NCBI GenBank assembly: GCA_964402785.1
Contig: CAYODQ010000005.1
Span: 1 to 61,710, forward strand
Length of the DNA: 61,710 nt
Origin: an uncultured Planctomycetia bacterium
GTDB taxonomy: Bacteria; Omnitrophota; Gorgyraeia; 2-02-FULL-51-18
Direction: 5' to 3'
This document shows positions 49,478-60,388 of this stretch, one piece after another. The translations under genes and the position numbers were made by a program. The number at the start of each line of letters is the position of its first letter. Position 1 is the stretch's first letter. A model generated the notes under the pieces. That model saw only the letters and a list, made by a program, of their open reading frames with translations. It searched no databases and had not been told where the DNA came from.

Positions 49478-50046
49478 GCGCGTGTTTCGTGTAGGAAATT
49501 CTTAAGAAGTGTTTTGCCGCCCTGAGTAAGAATGCTCTCAGGGTGAAACTGGACACCAAATATCGGGTACTTTTTATGCTTAAGCCCCATGATCTCTTTT
49601 TCTTTGGTTTCAGCCGTGATCATCAGATCTTTGGGCAAAGATCTTCTTTCGACGATCAGCGAATGATAGCGAGTGGCTGTGAACGGGTTGTCTAATCCTT
49701 TAAAAAGAAGCTTGCCATCATGATAGATCTGCGATGTCTTGCCATGCATAAGACGAGCAGCGCCGATCACATGCCCCCCAAACACCTCGCCTATACATTG
49801 ATGGCCCAAGCACACGCCCAAAAGCGGGATCTTAGGCCCAAGCTCCCTGATGATTTGATTGGAAGCGCCGGCTTCTTTGGGGCAACCGGGTCCGGGTGAG
49901 ATGACAATGCGCGATGGCTTCATTTTTTTTATTTGAGCCACGGTTATTTCATCATTTCTGTAAACTTTAAGCTCTTGCCCTAATTCCCCAAGATACTGGA
50001 CAAGGTTGTAAGTAAAAGAATCATAATTATCGATCATAAGAATCAT
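49474..50046 (-). CDS. trpG: Anthranilate synthase component II (glutamine amidotransferase)
   Basis: [29 protein letters not shown]. Confidence 0.96.
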   Translation of the reverse strand: MILMIDNYDSFTYNLVQYLGELGQELKVYRNDEITVAQIKKMKPSRIVISPGPGCPKEAGASNQIIRELGPKIPLLGVCLGHQCIGEVFGGHVIGAARLMHGKTSQIYHDGKLLFKGLDNPFTATRYHSLIVERRSLPKDLMITAETKEKEIMGLKHKKYPIFGVQFHPESILTQGGKTLLKNFLHETRA

Positions 50047-51533
50047 ATAAAAACCTCTTTATGTGAAAGCTCCACCGCACGCACCAGCGCTTTGGCCTTG
50101 TTGACCGTCTCCTGATACTCCATCGAAGGCTTTGAATCAGTTACCACGCCTGCCCCGGCCTGAACATAAGCTTTGCCATCCTTGACCAATAGCGTACGGA
50201 TCGTGATACACGAATCCAGGTTGCCGGAATAACCAAAATAACCAACCACGCCTGAATAAAAGCCGCGCTTTTGATTCTCAAGCTCATCAATGATCTCCAT
50301 TGCGCGTACTTTTGGAGCCCCTGAAACAGTACCCGCCGGAAATGTTGCTCGCAGAAGATCAAATGGTGTCTGACCGCGGCGCAGCTGACCTTCCACTAGA
50401 CTTACAATATGCATCACGTGCGAATACCGCTCGATGGTCATAAACTCGGGCACTTTAACACTCTTATACTCACACACACGGCCCAGATCGTTGCGGCCAA
50501 GATCAACCAACATCAAATGCTCCGCGCGCTCCTTCGCATCGGCCAACAGCTCTGCCTCCATTTTTTTATCTTGAGCCTCTGAAGCACCCCGAGGCCTAGT
50601 TCCCGCTATAGGTCGAAGCATAGCCTTGCCGGATTCACATCGGACATGCACTTCCGGGGATGAGCCCACCAGCTGAAAATCGCCTCCATTTATATAAAAC
50701 ATATAAGGCGATGGGTTGACGGAACGAAGCGAGCGGTAAATATGAAAAGCGTCTGTCTTGATAGGTGTGCTAAACGCCTGAGACAGTACCACCTGAAAAA
50801 TATCCCCTTTCCGAATATAAGCCTGAGCTTTCTTAACGATCGCCTCAAAAGCGCTTTTTTTAAAATTAGAAGTCATTCGGATAGGGTAGGATCTCGATTT
50901 ACCCGCTTTTGGAAGTGCTGTACCCCTAAGAATCCTGATCTCATCGTCTATCTTGGCCAACGCTTTGCGATACGCATCTTGGGCGGCTTGACCTTTTTTG
51001 ATACGTGCATTGTTCACGATCTTGATCGTCTGCGAGATGTGGTCAAAAATAATGAGCGTGTCCGTGAAAATAAATAGTGAGTCAGGAATCTTTTGCACAT
51101 CCGTGTTCTTGTCCGGGATCTTTTCAAAAAAACGCACTGCATCATATGAAAGATAGCCAACTGCCCCACCCGAAAAAGGCGGCAAGCCGGCCACGGGAGC
51201 CTGCTTGAACTGGGAGAGTAGCTTTTCAAGCTCGAACAAAGGGTCTTTATCGGTGTGAAAAGAGCTGCTTTTTCCGGATGCCTCGTCCAAAGTGATCCGA
51301 CGACCTTTGCTTTTGAAAACAAGCGCCGGCTTTCCTCCGATGAATGAATAGCGCGCTAGCTTCTCGCCCCCCTCCACAGACTCAAGCAGATAAGAATAGG
51401 GCTTATTGCCATTCTTCAAGAAACAAGACACGGGTGTCTCAAAATCCGCGAGGATCTCGCGAACCACCGGGATCACGTTGTATTTTTTGGACAGCCTTTT
51501 GAACTCCGAAAGACTTGGGAAGCTATCAGCCAA
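50043..51533 (-). CDS. trpE: Anthranilate synthase component I
   Basis: [37 protein letters not shown]. Confidence 0.97.
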   Translation of the reverse strand: MADSFPSLSEFKRLSKKYNVIPVVREILADFETPVSCFLKNGNKPYSYLLESVEGGEKLARYSFIGGKPALVFKSKGRRITLDEASGKSSSFHTDKDPLFELEKLLSQFKQAPVAGLPPFSGGAVGYLSYDAVRFFEKIPDKNTDVQKIPDSLFIFTDTLIIFDHISQTIKIVNNARIKKGQAAQDAYRKALAKIDDEIRILRGTALPKAGKSRSYPIRMTSNFKKSAFEAIVKKAQAYIRKGDIFQVVLSQAFSTPIKTDAFHIYRSLRSVNPSPYMFYINGGDFQLVGSSPEVHVRCESGKAMLRPIAGTRPRGASEAQDKKMEAELLADAKERAEHLMLVDLGRNDLGRVCEYKSVKVPEFMTIERYSHVMHIVSLVEGQLRRGQTPFDLLRATFPAGTVSGAPKVRAMEIIDELENQKRGFYSGVVGYFGYSGNLDSCITIRTLLVKDGKAYVQAGAGVVTDSKPSMEYQETVNKAKALVRAVELSHKEVFI

Positions 51534-51932
51534 TTAATAGACCTTTTCTGGGTTGAAAATAAGTGTATCGGTTATCTTGCGGCTTGCATCGTTGTTTATT
51601 TGCTCAAAATAGCAGCTAAAATAACCCTTGTGACATCCCGCAACTTTTTGGTCGATCAAAAAAAGGATCGACTTCCCTTCGCAATCAAGACGAAACTCCT
51701 TGACCGCCTGCGTGTGGCCGGACGTCTCGCCTTTTTTCATAAGTTTATTCTGTGAGCGCCGAAACACATGGACAAAACCGGTATCCAGCGTTGCCCTGAG
51801 CGCAATGTCGTTCATATAGCACAACGTCAAAACTTTTTGCGTCTTAGCGTCCTGAATGATGGATGGGATCAAGCCATCCGCATTGAATTTCAGGCCGGAT
51901 TTGATCTTTTCAAATGCATTCTCTGTGATCAT
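51534..51932 (-). CDS. hisI: Phosphoribosyl-AMP cyclohydrolase (divergent)
   Basis: [31 protein letters not shown]. Confidence 0.9.
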   Translation of the reverse strand: MITENAFEKIKSGLKFNADGLIPSIIQDAKTQKVLTLCYMNDIALRATLDTGFVHVFRRSQNKLMKKGETSGHTQAVKEFRLDCEGKSILFLIDQKVAGCHKGYFSCYFEQINNDASRKITDTLIFNPEKVY

Positions 51933-52690
51933 CGAACATGAACTCCCTTCTTTTTTAAAAACTGTTTGGCTTGGCGCACGCTGTACTCGCGGTAATGAAA
52001 TATACTAGCAGCGAGCACGGCATCCGCTTTGCCTTTGATAAAACCATCCGCAAGATGCTCAAGATTTCCGACGCCGCCCGATGCGATCACGGGCACGCCG
52101 ACAGCTTTAGAAATAGCCGCCGTCAGATCCACATCATATCCTGCGCGAGTACCGTCTCGATCCATACTCGTCAAAAGGATCTCCCCGGCGCCCAAGCGCT
52201 CCACCTTCTTAGCCCAGGCCACGGCGTCCAAATGGCGATTTTTGCGGCCCCCGTGCGTATAGACTTCCCACTGATGACGAGCTCCCTCTTTTTTCTTGGC
52301 ATCGATAGCAACCACGATACATTGGGAACCAAACCTCTTGGACGCTTCTTGTACGAATCGCGGGTTTTCGACAGCTGTCGTATTGATAGACACTTTGTCT
52401 GCCCCGGCATTCAGAAGATCGCGCACATCTTCAAGGCTGCGCACACCACCGCCCACGGTAAGAGGCATAAATACTTTTTCAGCTGTCCGGCGCACAACGT
52501 CCAGCATGATCTGGCGCTTTTCATGCGAAGCTGTGATATCCAAAAAAACCAACTCGTCCGCACCTGACTTGTCGTAATAAGCAGCTACCTTTACCGGATC
52601 TCCGGCATCACGAAGCTTTAAGAACTTAACTCCCTTGACCACGCGCCCCTCTTTTACGTCCAAACAAGGGATTATCCTTTTTGTAAGCAC
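51929..52690 (-). CDS. hisF: Imidazole glycerol phosphate synthase cyclase subunit
   Basis: [23 protein letters not shown]. Confidence 0.99.
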   Translation of the reverse strand: MLTKRIIPCLDVKEGRVVKGVKFLKLRDAGDPVKVAAYYDKSGADELVFLDITASHEKRQIMLDVVRRTAEKVFMPLTVGGGVRSLEDVRDLLNAGADKVSINTTAVENPRFVQEASKRFGSQCIVVAIDAKKKEGARHQWEVYTHGGRKNRHLDAVAWAKKVERLGAGEILLTSMDRDGTRAGYDVDLTAAISKAVGVPVIASGGVGNLEHLADGFIKGKADAVLAASIFHYREYSVRQAKQFLKKKGVHVR

Positions 52691-53403
52691 AGATCCAGCG
52701 CCTCTCTCAAAATAATCTTTTTTTCGTAAATGGCCTTGCCAATGATAGCTCCTGAAATATTTTTTTGTCCTAGCTGGATCAGCGCTGATAGATCCTCCAT
52801 AGAACTGACCCCGCCCGACGCGATGACATCAATAGAGACGGTTTGCGCCATCTGAGATATTTCGCGTAAATTAGGGCCGGCCATGGCTCCATCTTTGGAT
52901 ATATCGGTGTAAATAATAGTTTTTCCACCGTATTTTTCGACATCTATTGCAAGATCTGATGCGTTATCAGGCATCAACTTGGTCCAACCGTCAACCGCGA
53001 CCTTTCCGTCGCGCGCATCAATACCGACGATGATCCGATCTTTAAACTCGACAATGGCTTCTTTAAGAAAGCCTCGGTCAAGGCATGCCTTGGTGCCCAA
53101 AATGATCCAACGAACCCCCATCTCAATATAATCTCTGACTTGATTAAGTGAGCGGATACCTCCACCCACTTCGATCGGCACCTTGATCTCCTTTATGATC
53201 CTCTCGATAGATACGCGATTGGCAGGCTTTCCCTCCAAAGCACCATCCAGATCCACGACATGGATACGCGTGGCTCCGTCGTGCTCGAACTGCCGCGCAA
53301 CCTCTTCTGCTGCGTGAGCGTAAACCTTCTGCTCCTTAAAATCCCCCTGAAGAAGACGCACAACTCGGCCGCCCTTAAGGTCGATGGCTGGGATGGGTAT
53401 CAA
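52672..53403 (-). CDS. hisA: ProFAR isomerase
   Basis: IPAIDL, VDLDGA, GGGIRS, TDISKDG. Confidence 0.98.
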   Translation of the reverse strand: MIPIPAIDLKGGRVVRLLQGDFKEQKVYAHAAEEVARQFEHDGATRIHVVDLDGALEGKPANRVSIERIIKEIKVPIEVGGGIRSLNQVRDYIEMGVRWIILGTKACLDRGFLKEAIVEFKDRIIVGIDARDGKVAVDGWTKLMPDNASDLAIDVEKYGGKTIIYTDISKDGAMAGPNLREISQMAQTVSIDVIASGGVSSMEDLSALIQLGQKNISGAIIGKAIYEKKIILREALDLCLQKG

Positions 53404-54017
53404 GACACGCCTCCTTTGTACTGAATGAAATTTTTGATGATCTTAAGTCCTGCCGCCTGGCTTTTTTCAGGGTGAAATTGGGTCGCAAATAAATTACCCT
53501 TGGCAACGGCCGAACAAAACTCTCTCCCGCCATACGATGTGGCCGCCGCGACCACACTCTTATCTTTGGGCTCAGCGAAATAGGAGTGCACGAAATAAAA
53601 ATAATCCTTGTCTTCGGCACCTTTCAAAATGGCGCTCACAGGACGAGTCAGCTTTAAATTATTCCAACCCATATGAGGGATCTTATAATCACCCTTAAAT
53701 CGCTTGACCGAACCCTTGATAACCCCAAATCCAGGCGTCCGCCCTTCGTCGCTCTTTTCAAATAACAACTGAAGTCCAAGGCACAAACCCAGATAAGGCG
53801 TACCTTGTGCGATCTTTTTTTTGACCACAGACACAAGGCCGCGTTTTTTAAGCTCGCGCATGGCCTCGCCAAAGGCTCCCACGCCCGGCAACACGATCTT
53901 GCTGGCGCCGGCGACATCCGAGACGGATGAGGATATTTTTACTTTGGCGCCGCAAACTTCAAAGGCCTTTTGGACACTCCGAAGATTGCCCATCCCATAG
54001 TCAACGATAACAATCAA
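53400..54017 (-). CDS. hisH: Imidazole glycerol phosphate synthase glutaminase subunit
   Basis: DYGMGNL, PGVGAF, GLCLG, PHMGWN, FVHSY, QFHPEKS. Confidence 0.99.
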   Translation of the reverse strand: MIVIVDYGMGNLRSVQKAFEVCGAKVKISSSVSDVAGASKIVLPGVGAFGEAMRELKKRGLVSVVKKKIAQGTPYLGLCLGLQLLFEKSDEGRTPGFGVIKGSVKRFKGDYKIPHMGWNNLKLTRPVSAILKGAEDKDYFYFVHSYFAEPKDKSVVAAATSYGGREFCSAVAKGNLFATQFHPEKSQAAGLKIIKNFIQYKGGVS

Positions 54018-54027
54018 AGATCACCCT

Positions 54028-54657
54028 TTATATTTTACCCTTGGTCGATGGAACGCCTTTCGTGCGTGCGTCTTTTCCGACCGCCCATGACAAAGCCTTA
54101 GCCAATGCTTTAAATGACGCCTCCACCACATGATGCGGCTGCTCACCGGCTACGATATCCACATGCAAGGTCAGCCCCATATGTGATGCAAAAGACTCCA
54201 TAAAATGTTTTGCGTCGGCGATCGTGTAGCCCATGGTGTTGGGCTTAGCGCGAAGAGCCGGATCATCCACCCATTTAGTTTTTGGGTTGGTGTGAAAATA
54301 ACATGCGCCGCGGCCCGAAATATCGATCGAGACACGCACTCCCGCCAAAGCCTCATCCAAAGGCGCACGAAAATCGGCAAAACGGCGGATACCTTTTTTG
54401 TCACCCAATGCCTGTTTAAAGGCCTCGCCCAAAGCAATACCCACATCTTCGTTGGTGTGATGCGTATCCACATCAATGTCACCGATCGCTTTGATATCGA
54501 TATCAAATAAGCCGTGTTTGGAGAGCGTCTCCAGCATATGATCCAGAAAGCGGATGCCTGTCTTGGCCTTTCCCTTCCCATGACCGTCGAGATTAAGCTT
54601 CAGAGAGATATCGGTTTCTTTGGTTTTGCGTTTTATGGTTGCTTTTCTAGCGGGCAT
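54028..54657 (-). CDS. hisB: Imidazoleglycerol-phosphate dehydratase
   Basis: RKTKETDI, DHML, HHTNED, PLDEA, HHVVEA, PSTKG. Confidence 0.97.
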   Translation of the reverse strand: MPARKATIKRKTKETDISLKLNLDGHGKGKAKTGIRFLDHMLETLSKHGLFDIDIKAIGDIDVDTHHTNEDVGIALGEAFKQALGDKKGIRRFADFRAPLDEALAGVRVSIDISGRGACYFHTNPKTKWVDDPALRAKPNTMGYTIADAKHFMESFASHMGLTLHVDIVAGEQPHHVVEASFKALAKALSWAVGKDARTKGVPSTKGKI

Positions 54658-54700
54658 TATCTGCTTTATCTCCTTTTAGATCTACGCGGTCTTCTTTGAT

Positions 54701-55927
54701 TTATTTCTTCTCAAATCGAATCCTTACGGATTCCATGTGCTTCGTCAAACCTTCAAGATTTGCCAGGTACTCAACAGGCGTCTTGACCCGCTCCAGCGCT
54801 TTACGACTGTAGGAGATCACATGTGTGCTTTTTAAGAAATCTTGAAGCGTCAGGCCCGAAAAGAACCGAGCTGTTCCGTTGGTTGGCAATACATGGCTTG
54901 GCCCAGCAATATAGTCACCTACGGCTGCAGGCGTATAATTTCCAATAAAAACAGCGCCAGCGTGCTTGATGTCTTTCAAGATACGCTGTGGGTTCTTCAC
55001 CATGATCTGCACATGCTCTGGTGCTATTTGATTGACCACATCCACACCTTGCTTAAGATTTTTGACCAATACGATCCAGCCCCTGGCGGGAACTTTTTTA
55101 ATGGTCTTTGCGAGCCGCTTGGAAGTGGTCACCAAAATAGCCGTGCCCATGTGATGCTCGGCTTGCGACAAAAGATCCGCCGCCACAAAATCCGAGTCCG
55201 CATGGTCGTTGGCCAAGATCACGACTTCGGTGGGCCCGGCCACCATATCAATATCACAGTACCCGAACACCTGTCTTTTAGCCTCGGCCACATAAGCATT
55301 ACCAGGCCCTATGATCTTGTCCACACGCGGGATCGACTTGGTGCCAAAGGCAAACCCGCCGATCGCTTGGGCGCCGCCTGCTTTAAAGACTCCGTCCACC
55401 TTTAATAAATTGGCCACAACCAAGATATGCGGATCCACGCTTTTGAATTTATTGGGTGGAGTGATCAAGTAAACCTTTTCAACTCCCGCCAATTTAGCGG
55501 GCAGCACAGTCATGTACACCGTCGACGGTAGCGGCACAGTGCCGGATGGAATATAAACACCCACCGACTCCAACGGGCGGATCTTTTCGCCTAAAACCAC
55601 CCCATCCTCGGATATTGTTTTCCAAGAGCGCTTGATCTGTTTTTTATAAAAACGACTGACGTTCTCGACCGCGACTTTGAGCGTCGACACAAAGTTTGGG
55701 TCAATGTTCTGGTAAGCACCATTTATCTCGCTTTCGCTTACCTGCAACTCGCGAGCGGTCAGCTTTACTTTGTCGAATTTTCTTGTATAACGAATGATCG
55801 CATCGTCGCCATCACTCTGCACATCCATAAGAATTTTGCGCACTTTTTCTTCCACGCGCGAGTTTCTGGTGACAAAGCGATTGAAAAGCTTCAAAAATTG
55901 CTTGCTAGATGGCTTGATTACTTGCAT
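54701..55927 (-). CDS. hisD: Histidinol dehydrogenase
   Basis: GGAQAI, GPGNAYV, DMVAGPTE, SQAEH, APEH, HVLPT. Confidence 0.98.
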   Translation of the reverse strand: MQVIKPSSKQFLKLFNRFVTRNSRVEEKVRKILMDVQSDGDDAIIRYTRKFDKVKLTARELQVSESEINGAYQNIDPNFVSTLKVAVENVSRFYKKQIKRSWKTISEDGVVLGEKIRPLESVGVYIPSGTVPLPSTVYMTVLPAKLAGVEKVYLITPPNKFKSVDPHILVVANLLKVDGVFKAGGAQAIGGFAFGTKSIPRVDKIIGPGNAYVAEAKRQVFGYCDIDMVAGPTEVVILANDHADSDFVAADLLSQAEHHMGTAILVTTSKRLAKTIKKVPARGWIVLVKNLKQGVDVVNQIAPEHVQIMVKNPQRILKDIKHAGAVFIGNYTPAAVGDYIAGPSHVLPTNGTARFFSGLTLQDFLKSTHVISYSRKALERVKTPVEYLANLEGLTKHMESVRIRFEKK

Positions 55928-55928
55928 A

Positions 55929-58532
55929 TCACCCTTCCCTCATTTCCGATAAACTCCGTGCGATCATCTGCTCACCTATTCCCAACGCCTTCTGAAGAGA
56001 AGCTTCGTCACTTCTTTTTCCTCCGCCCACTGCAAAATCAGGCCGCCCACCGCCATTTCCTTCGACAGCCAACGCTATCTCTTTTACGATCTTACCGGCA
56101 TGAAAACCTTTAGACGCTAGGTCATCACTGCAGCCCACAGCGAACGTGACCTTATCCTGCCCACCACACTGCCACAGCACAACAAAAGGATTTTTGGCAT
56201 GTTTTAAATGCAAAAAAGTTTTTTGAAACAGATCTGCATTTGCCAAAGGCTCTCGTTGCACAAAAAATGGCACGCGCCCAATGTGACCCGCCTGGCCAAG
56301 GCGAGTTTCGTAAGCATGCCGCATTTTGGACAGTATCTTATTTTCGAGCTCGCCTTTTAATTCGGACACCAAATTTGATTTAGATCGTAAAGCTGTTTTA
56401 AGTGGATCCGGCTCAGCAACAACATGAAACTGCCTCGACAACTCCTGCAGTTCGGACAAGCCGTCGGAAACCAGCTTCTCGGCGCTGCGCCCCGTGACAG
56501 CCTCAATACGACGCACACCCGCCTGGATAGAGCTTTCCGTTAGGATTTTAAATAAACCAATATCGCCCGTCGCGTTCACATGCGTGCCGCCACAAAGCTC
56601 CTTAGAAAAATCTCCAGCCGCAATGACCCGAACCTCATCGCCATATTTTTCTCCGAAAAATGCAATTGCGCCTTCGCGGGTTGCTTCTTCTTTTTTCATC
56701 ACCCTTTTTGTGAGCGCAACATTCTTCGCGATCTCAGAATTGACCCTATCCTCAACACGGCGGATCTCCTCAGGGGTCATCCCTTTGAAATGGCTAAAAT
56801 CAAATCGCAAGGCCTCGGGAGCTACATTAGAGCCGCCCTGTTTCACATGAGCCCCAAGCACTTCACGAAGTGCGCTGTGTAGCAGATGAGTCGCTGTGTG
56901 ATTTTTCATGATATCCTGCCGACGCGCACTTTCCACAGCCATCTCATGCGTTTGCCCTACCTCAGCAAAACCCTTCTCCACAAGAACCTTATGAAGGATC
57001 ACTTTTTCATACGACTGTGTATCCAGAACGCGTGCAGAAAAGGCACCCGAAATCAACGATCCAATATCCCCGACTTGCCCACCGGATTCTGCGTAAAACG
57101 GCGAACGATCATAGATCAAGATCACTTCTTCGCCCGTCTCAGCACGCTGCGCGACTTGCCCAACCCGAATGACTCTAAGTAATTTTCCTGACGCACTTAA
57201 AACCTCATATCCCAAAAATTGGGTTATGGGCAGGCCCTCTGTAAGCGAATGCATTTCGTCTTTGGCAAAGATCTCACCGGCAAGCTTACTGGACTCTCGC
57301 GAACGAACGCGCTGCTCTTCCATAAAAGACTCGAATCTATCCTTATCTAACTTGACCCCTAATTCAAGACAGATCGACTCAAGTGTGTCGTATGGAACCC
57401 CATATGTGTCATAATAAACAAAAACTAGCTTATCGATATCCGCCGACTTCGTGGCCGCCAATTCCTTTCGAAATTTAGGCACCTGATTCTTCAAGATATC
57501 GTTGTAAGCCCGCTCTTCATTTTGGATGGTCATCGCGATCTCATGCCCGCGCTCCCGGATCTCCGGATAAATATCGCCCATCACATGAGCGACGATCGGC
57601 ACCATACGATGAAAGAGCCCTCGCTCCAAAGCGCCGGCCTTTTCGAGATGATCGCAGCCCAAGCGGATCAGCTTTCGAATCACATATCCACGCCCCTCAT
57701 TGGATGGGTTGGCGCCATCGGCTATAGAAAAAATAACTGCCCTCGCATGATCCATGACGGCATTCTCATGCCGTGTTTCGTGCATGCCTTTTTTTAGAAG
57801 CTCTTTGAGCCCTGCACGAATATGCTGGAATAGATCGATATCAAAATTACTTTCAACCCCTTGCAATACGGCCGCCGTTCTCTCCAAGCCCATACCTGTA
57901 TCAATATTTTTTTGCGGCAGCGGCTTCAGGGAGCCATCCGACTGGCGGTCAAACTGAGTAAACACCAGATTCCAGATTTCCACTCCTTTACAGGGAACGC
58001 GCCCGACGTAGATCTCGGAACATGGCCCGCAAGGCCCGTTGGGCCCATCGATCTTGGCGTTGGATGGCCAAAAATTATCCACAGCGCCCATGCGCACGAT
58101 CTTGTTGGCCGGCAAACCTATTTTTTGATTCCAAATATTAAATGCCTCGTCATCTTCTTCATAAACGGAAACCCACAGATCATCTTCGGATATCCCGAGG
58201 ACTTTAGTGACAAATTCCCAACCATAAGCGATCGCCTCTTCTTTGAAATAATCGCCGAACGAAAAATTACCCAACATCTCAAAAAACGTGTGGTGATAAG
58301 CCGTTTTACCTACACGATCCAGATCGGCTGTGCGCAAACATTTTTGGCAGCTGGTGGCGCGCTTGACGTCTTTTTTTTGTCCCAAGAAATAGGCTTTGAA
58401 TTGATTCATCCCGGCCCCGGTGAACAAAAGCGACGCATCGCCAACCGGCACGAGTGAATCACTGGAAAATCGTTTATGGCCTTTGGAAGCAAAAAAATCC
58501 AAATACGCTTGTCTTAGCTCTTTTGTATTCAT
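55929..58532 (-). CDS. alaS: Alanine--tRNA ligase
   Basis: HHTFFEMLGNFSFGDYFK, NHTATHLLH, ELCGGTH, GGGRP. Confidence 0.99.
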   Translation of the reverse strand: MNTKELRQAYLDFFASKGHKRFSSDSLVPVGDASLLFTGAGMNQFKAYFLGQKKDVKRATSCQKCLRTADLDRVGKTAYHHTFFEMLGNFSFGDYFKEEAIAYGWEFVTKVLGISEDDLWVSVYEEDDEAFNIWNQKIGLPANKIVRMGAVDNFWPSNAKIDGPNGPCGPCSEIYVGRVPCKGVEIWNLVFTQFDRQSDGSLKPLPQKNIDTGMGLERTAAVLQGVESNFDIDLFQHIRAGLKELLKKGMHETRHENAVMDHARAVIFSIADGANPSNEGRGYVIRKLIRLGCDHLEKAGALERGLFHRMVPIVAHVMGDIYPEIRERGHEIAMTIQNEERAYNDILKNQVPKFRKELAATKSADIDKLVFVYYDTYGVPYDTLESICLELGVKLDKDRFESFMEEQRVRSRESSKLAGEIFAKDEMHSLTEGLPITQFLGYEVLSASGKLLRVIRVGQVAQRAETGEEVILIYDRSPFYAESGGQVGDIGSLISGAFSARVLDTQSYEKVILHKVLVEKGFAEVGQTHEMAVESARRQDIMKNHTATHLLHSALREVLGAHVKQGGSNVAPEALRFDFSHFKGMTPEEIRRVEDRVNSEIAKNVALTKRVMKKEEATREGAIAFFGEKYGDEVRVIAAGDFSKELCGGTHVNATGDIGLFKILTESSIQAGVRRIEAVTGRSAEKLVSDGLSELQELSRQFHVVAEPDPLKTALRSKSNLVSELKGELENKILSKMRHAYETRLGQAGHIGRVPFFVQREPLANADLFQKTFLHLKHAKNPFVVLWQCGGQDKVTFAVGCSDDLASKGFHAGKIVKEIALAVEGNGGGRPDFAVGGGKRSDEASLQKALGIGEQMIARSLSEMREG

Positions 58533-59020
58533 TCAAAATCCTCAAGATTTTTAAAACATCTGTTCAGTGCAAAACTCACCGCTTCACCCGAAAACCCACG
58601 GCGCCTGAGCAAACCCAAAAGCCTCACTTTTTGTTTCACAAGCGGAATCTCACGCATGAGCCGCTGTCTTTTTTGTGCTAGCTCAAGCGCCGCCTCTTTC
58701 TCACTCACTCCATCAATAGAAGCGATCGCTCCCTCAATAAGCCGATTTGAAATGCCTTTTTGGACCAGATCTTGACGGATCTTGTTTCGCCCGACCACCT
58801 GGCTCTGCGCTTTGGATTGCGCAAACATCTTAGCAAAACGCTCATCATTCAAAAGCCCTTGCTCGGTCATAAGAGCGACCGTCTTGTCGATCAGGACGCT
58901 GGAGTGCTTTTTCATCAAGAGTCTTTTTTTGAGCTCAGCCACGCTCCGCGGCCTAAAAGATAAAAGACGCAAAGCATCGTCTTTCACTTTGAGCCAGCTA
59001 TCATCAAAACCATCCATCAC
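58529..59020 (-). CDS. recX: Regulatory protein RecX
   Basis: LLSFRPRS..EL, LLNDERFA, LRRRGFS; downstream of recA. Confidence 0.95.
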   Translation of the reverse strand: MMDGFDDSWLKVKDDALRLLSFRPRSVAELKKRLLMKKHSSVLIDKTVALMTEQGLLNDERFAKMFAQSKAQSQVVGRNKIRQDLVQKGISNRLIEGAIASIDGVSEKEAALELAQKRQRLMREIPLVKQKVRLLGLLRRRGFSGEAVSFALNRCFKNLEDFE

Positions 59021-59039
59021 GGGTATTTCTCCATAAAAT

Positions 59040-59077
59040 AAGCATCCCGCTCCGAGTTTTTGATGGAGCGGGCGCTT
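59040..59077 (-). terminator. Hairpin between recA and recX (terminator/attenuator)
   Basis: CCCGCTCC-N11-GGAGCGGG with flanking A/T runs. Confidence 0.65.
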
Positions 59078-59097
59078 TTAAATGATCGGAAATAAGT

Positions 59098-60144
59098 TTA
59101 AACAGCTGCCGCGGCGGACTTCTCCAGTATCTGCTTCTCGATCTCGTGCAATATTTTTGGATTTTCACGCAAGAAAGCTTTGGCATTTTCACGGCCTTGG
59201 CCCAATTTCTCATCTCCGTACACGATCCAACTTCCGGATGTGCGGGTGATCTCGTACGCTTCAGCCATATCCAAAATGCTTCCGACGGCGGAGACCCCTT
59301 CGTCATACATGAGGTCGAATTCCGCTTGTTTGAATGGTGGCGCTACTTTATTTTTAACCACCTTCACGCGCACACGCCCACCCACGATCTCTTCGCCGCG
59401 CTTGATCTGTGCGATGCGTCGAATATCCAAGCGCACGGAAGAATAGAACTTGAGCGCTTTTCCGCCTGGAGTTGTTTCGGGATTACCAAACATAACGCCG
59501 ATCTTCTCGCGTAGCTGATTGATGAAAATAAGCGTGCTGTTGGATTTGGACAGCGTGCCCGTGAGCTTGCGAAGCGCCTGGCTCATCAAACGCGCCTGAA
59601 GTCCCATGTGGGATTGCCCCATATCACCTTCGATCTCAGCTTTGGGCACCAAGGCTGCCACAGAATCCACGACAATCACGTCGACCGCATTGGATCTGAC
59701 AAGCATCTCGGTGATCTCGAGAGCCTGCTCACCCGTATCCGGCTGAGAGATCAAAAGATCGTCAAGATTCACACCTAATTTTTTGGCATACGCAGAGTCA
59801 AACGCATGTTCTGCGTCAATAAAAGCAGCTGTGCCTTTTCTTTTTTGCGCTTGAGCGATGACGCTCAGTGTCAGCGTGGTCTTACCGCTGGACTCAGGCC
59901 CAAAGATCTCGATCACGCGACCACGCGGAATACCACCCACTCCCAGCGCGATATCCAATGCAACGCTACCTGTCGGAATTGCCGGAATATCAGCTTTAAA
60001 ATTAGACCCCAACGTCATGATGGAGCCCTTACCAAAATGTTTTTCGATCTGGGAAACGGCTAGATCTATAGCTTTGCGCTTCTCATCGACGGCTTGTCTT
60101 GCGGTTTGCTTTTCTTCGGTTGCCTTTGGTTTTGCTTGAGCCAT
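59098..60144 (-). CDS. recA: Recombinase RecA (no intein)
   Basis: [35 protein letters not shown]. Confidence 0.99.
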   Translation of the reverse strand: MAQAKPKATEEKQTARQAVDEKRKAIDLAVSQIEKHFGKGSIMTLGSNFKADIPAIPTGSVALDIALGVGGIPRGRVIEIFGPESSGKTTLTLSVIAQAQKRKGTAAFIDAEHAFDSAYAKKLGVNLDDLLISQPDTGEQALEITEMLVRSNAVDVIVVDSVAALVPKAEIEGDMGQSHMGLQARLMSQALRKLTGTLSKSNSTLIFINQLREKIGVMFGNPETTPGGKALKFYSSVRLDIRRIAQIKRGEEIVGGRVRVKVVKNKVAPPFKQAEFDLMYDEGVSAVGSILDMAEAYEITRTSGSWIVYGDEKLGQGRENAKAFLRENPKILHEIEKQILEKSAAAAV

Positions 60145-60251
60145 GTTAAATCCTCCTTAAATTCGTGAAAAACACGCCAATTCAATATTTATGCGGTCAT
60201 GCAACCCGTGAGAGCTCAATCACTTAAAGCAATTTATGCTCAAGGAAAAAC

Positions 60252-60282
60252 ATTATACCGCCGCCCTCTTTACCTGTAAAGA
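60252..60282 (-). promoter_or_regulatory. recA promoter TTTACA-N17-TATAAT with perfect 7-2-7 palindrome TCTTTAC-CT-GTAAAGA over the -35 box
   Basis: Read directly: palindrome 60267-60282. Confidence 0.65.
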
Positions 60283-60349
60283 AGAAGATTGGCTTCACCT
60301 ATACTAGACACCGACCCCCCTCATTTTCGTTCAAACTTTTAATAATTTC

Positions 60350-60378
60350 TTGTGAGATATGACACAACACCTTATAAT
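60350..60378 (+). promoter_or_regulatory. cinA promoter TTGTGA-N17-TATAAT
   Basis: -10 box ends 10 nt before ATG 60389; no SD. Confidence 0.6.
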
Positions 60379-60388
60379 ATAAACACTT

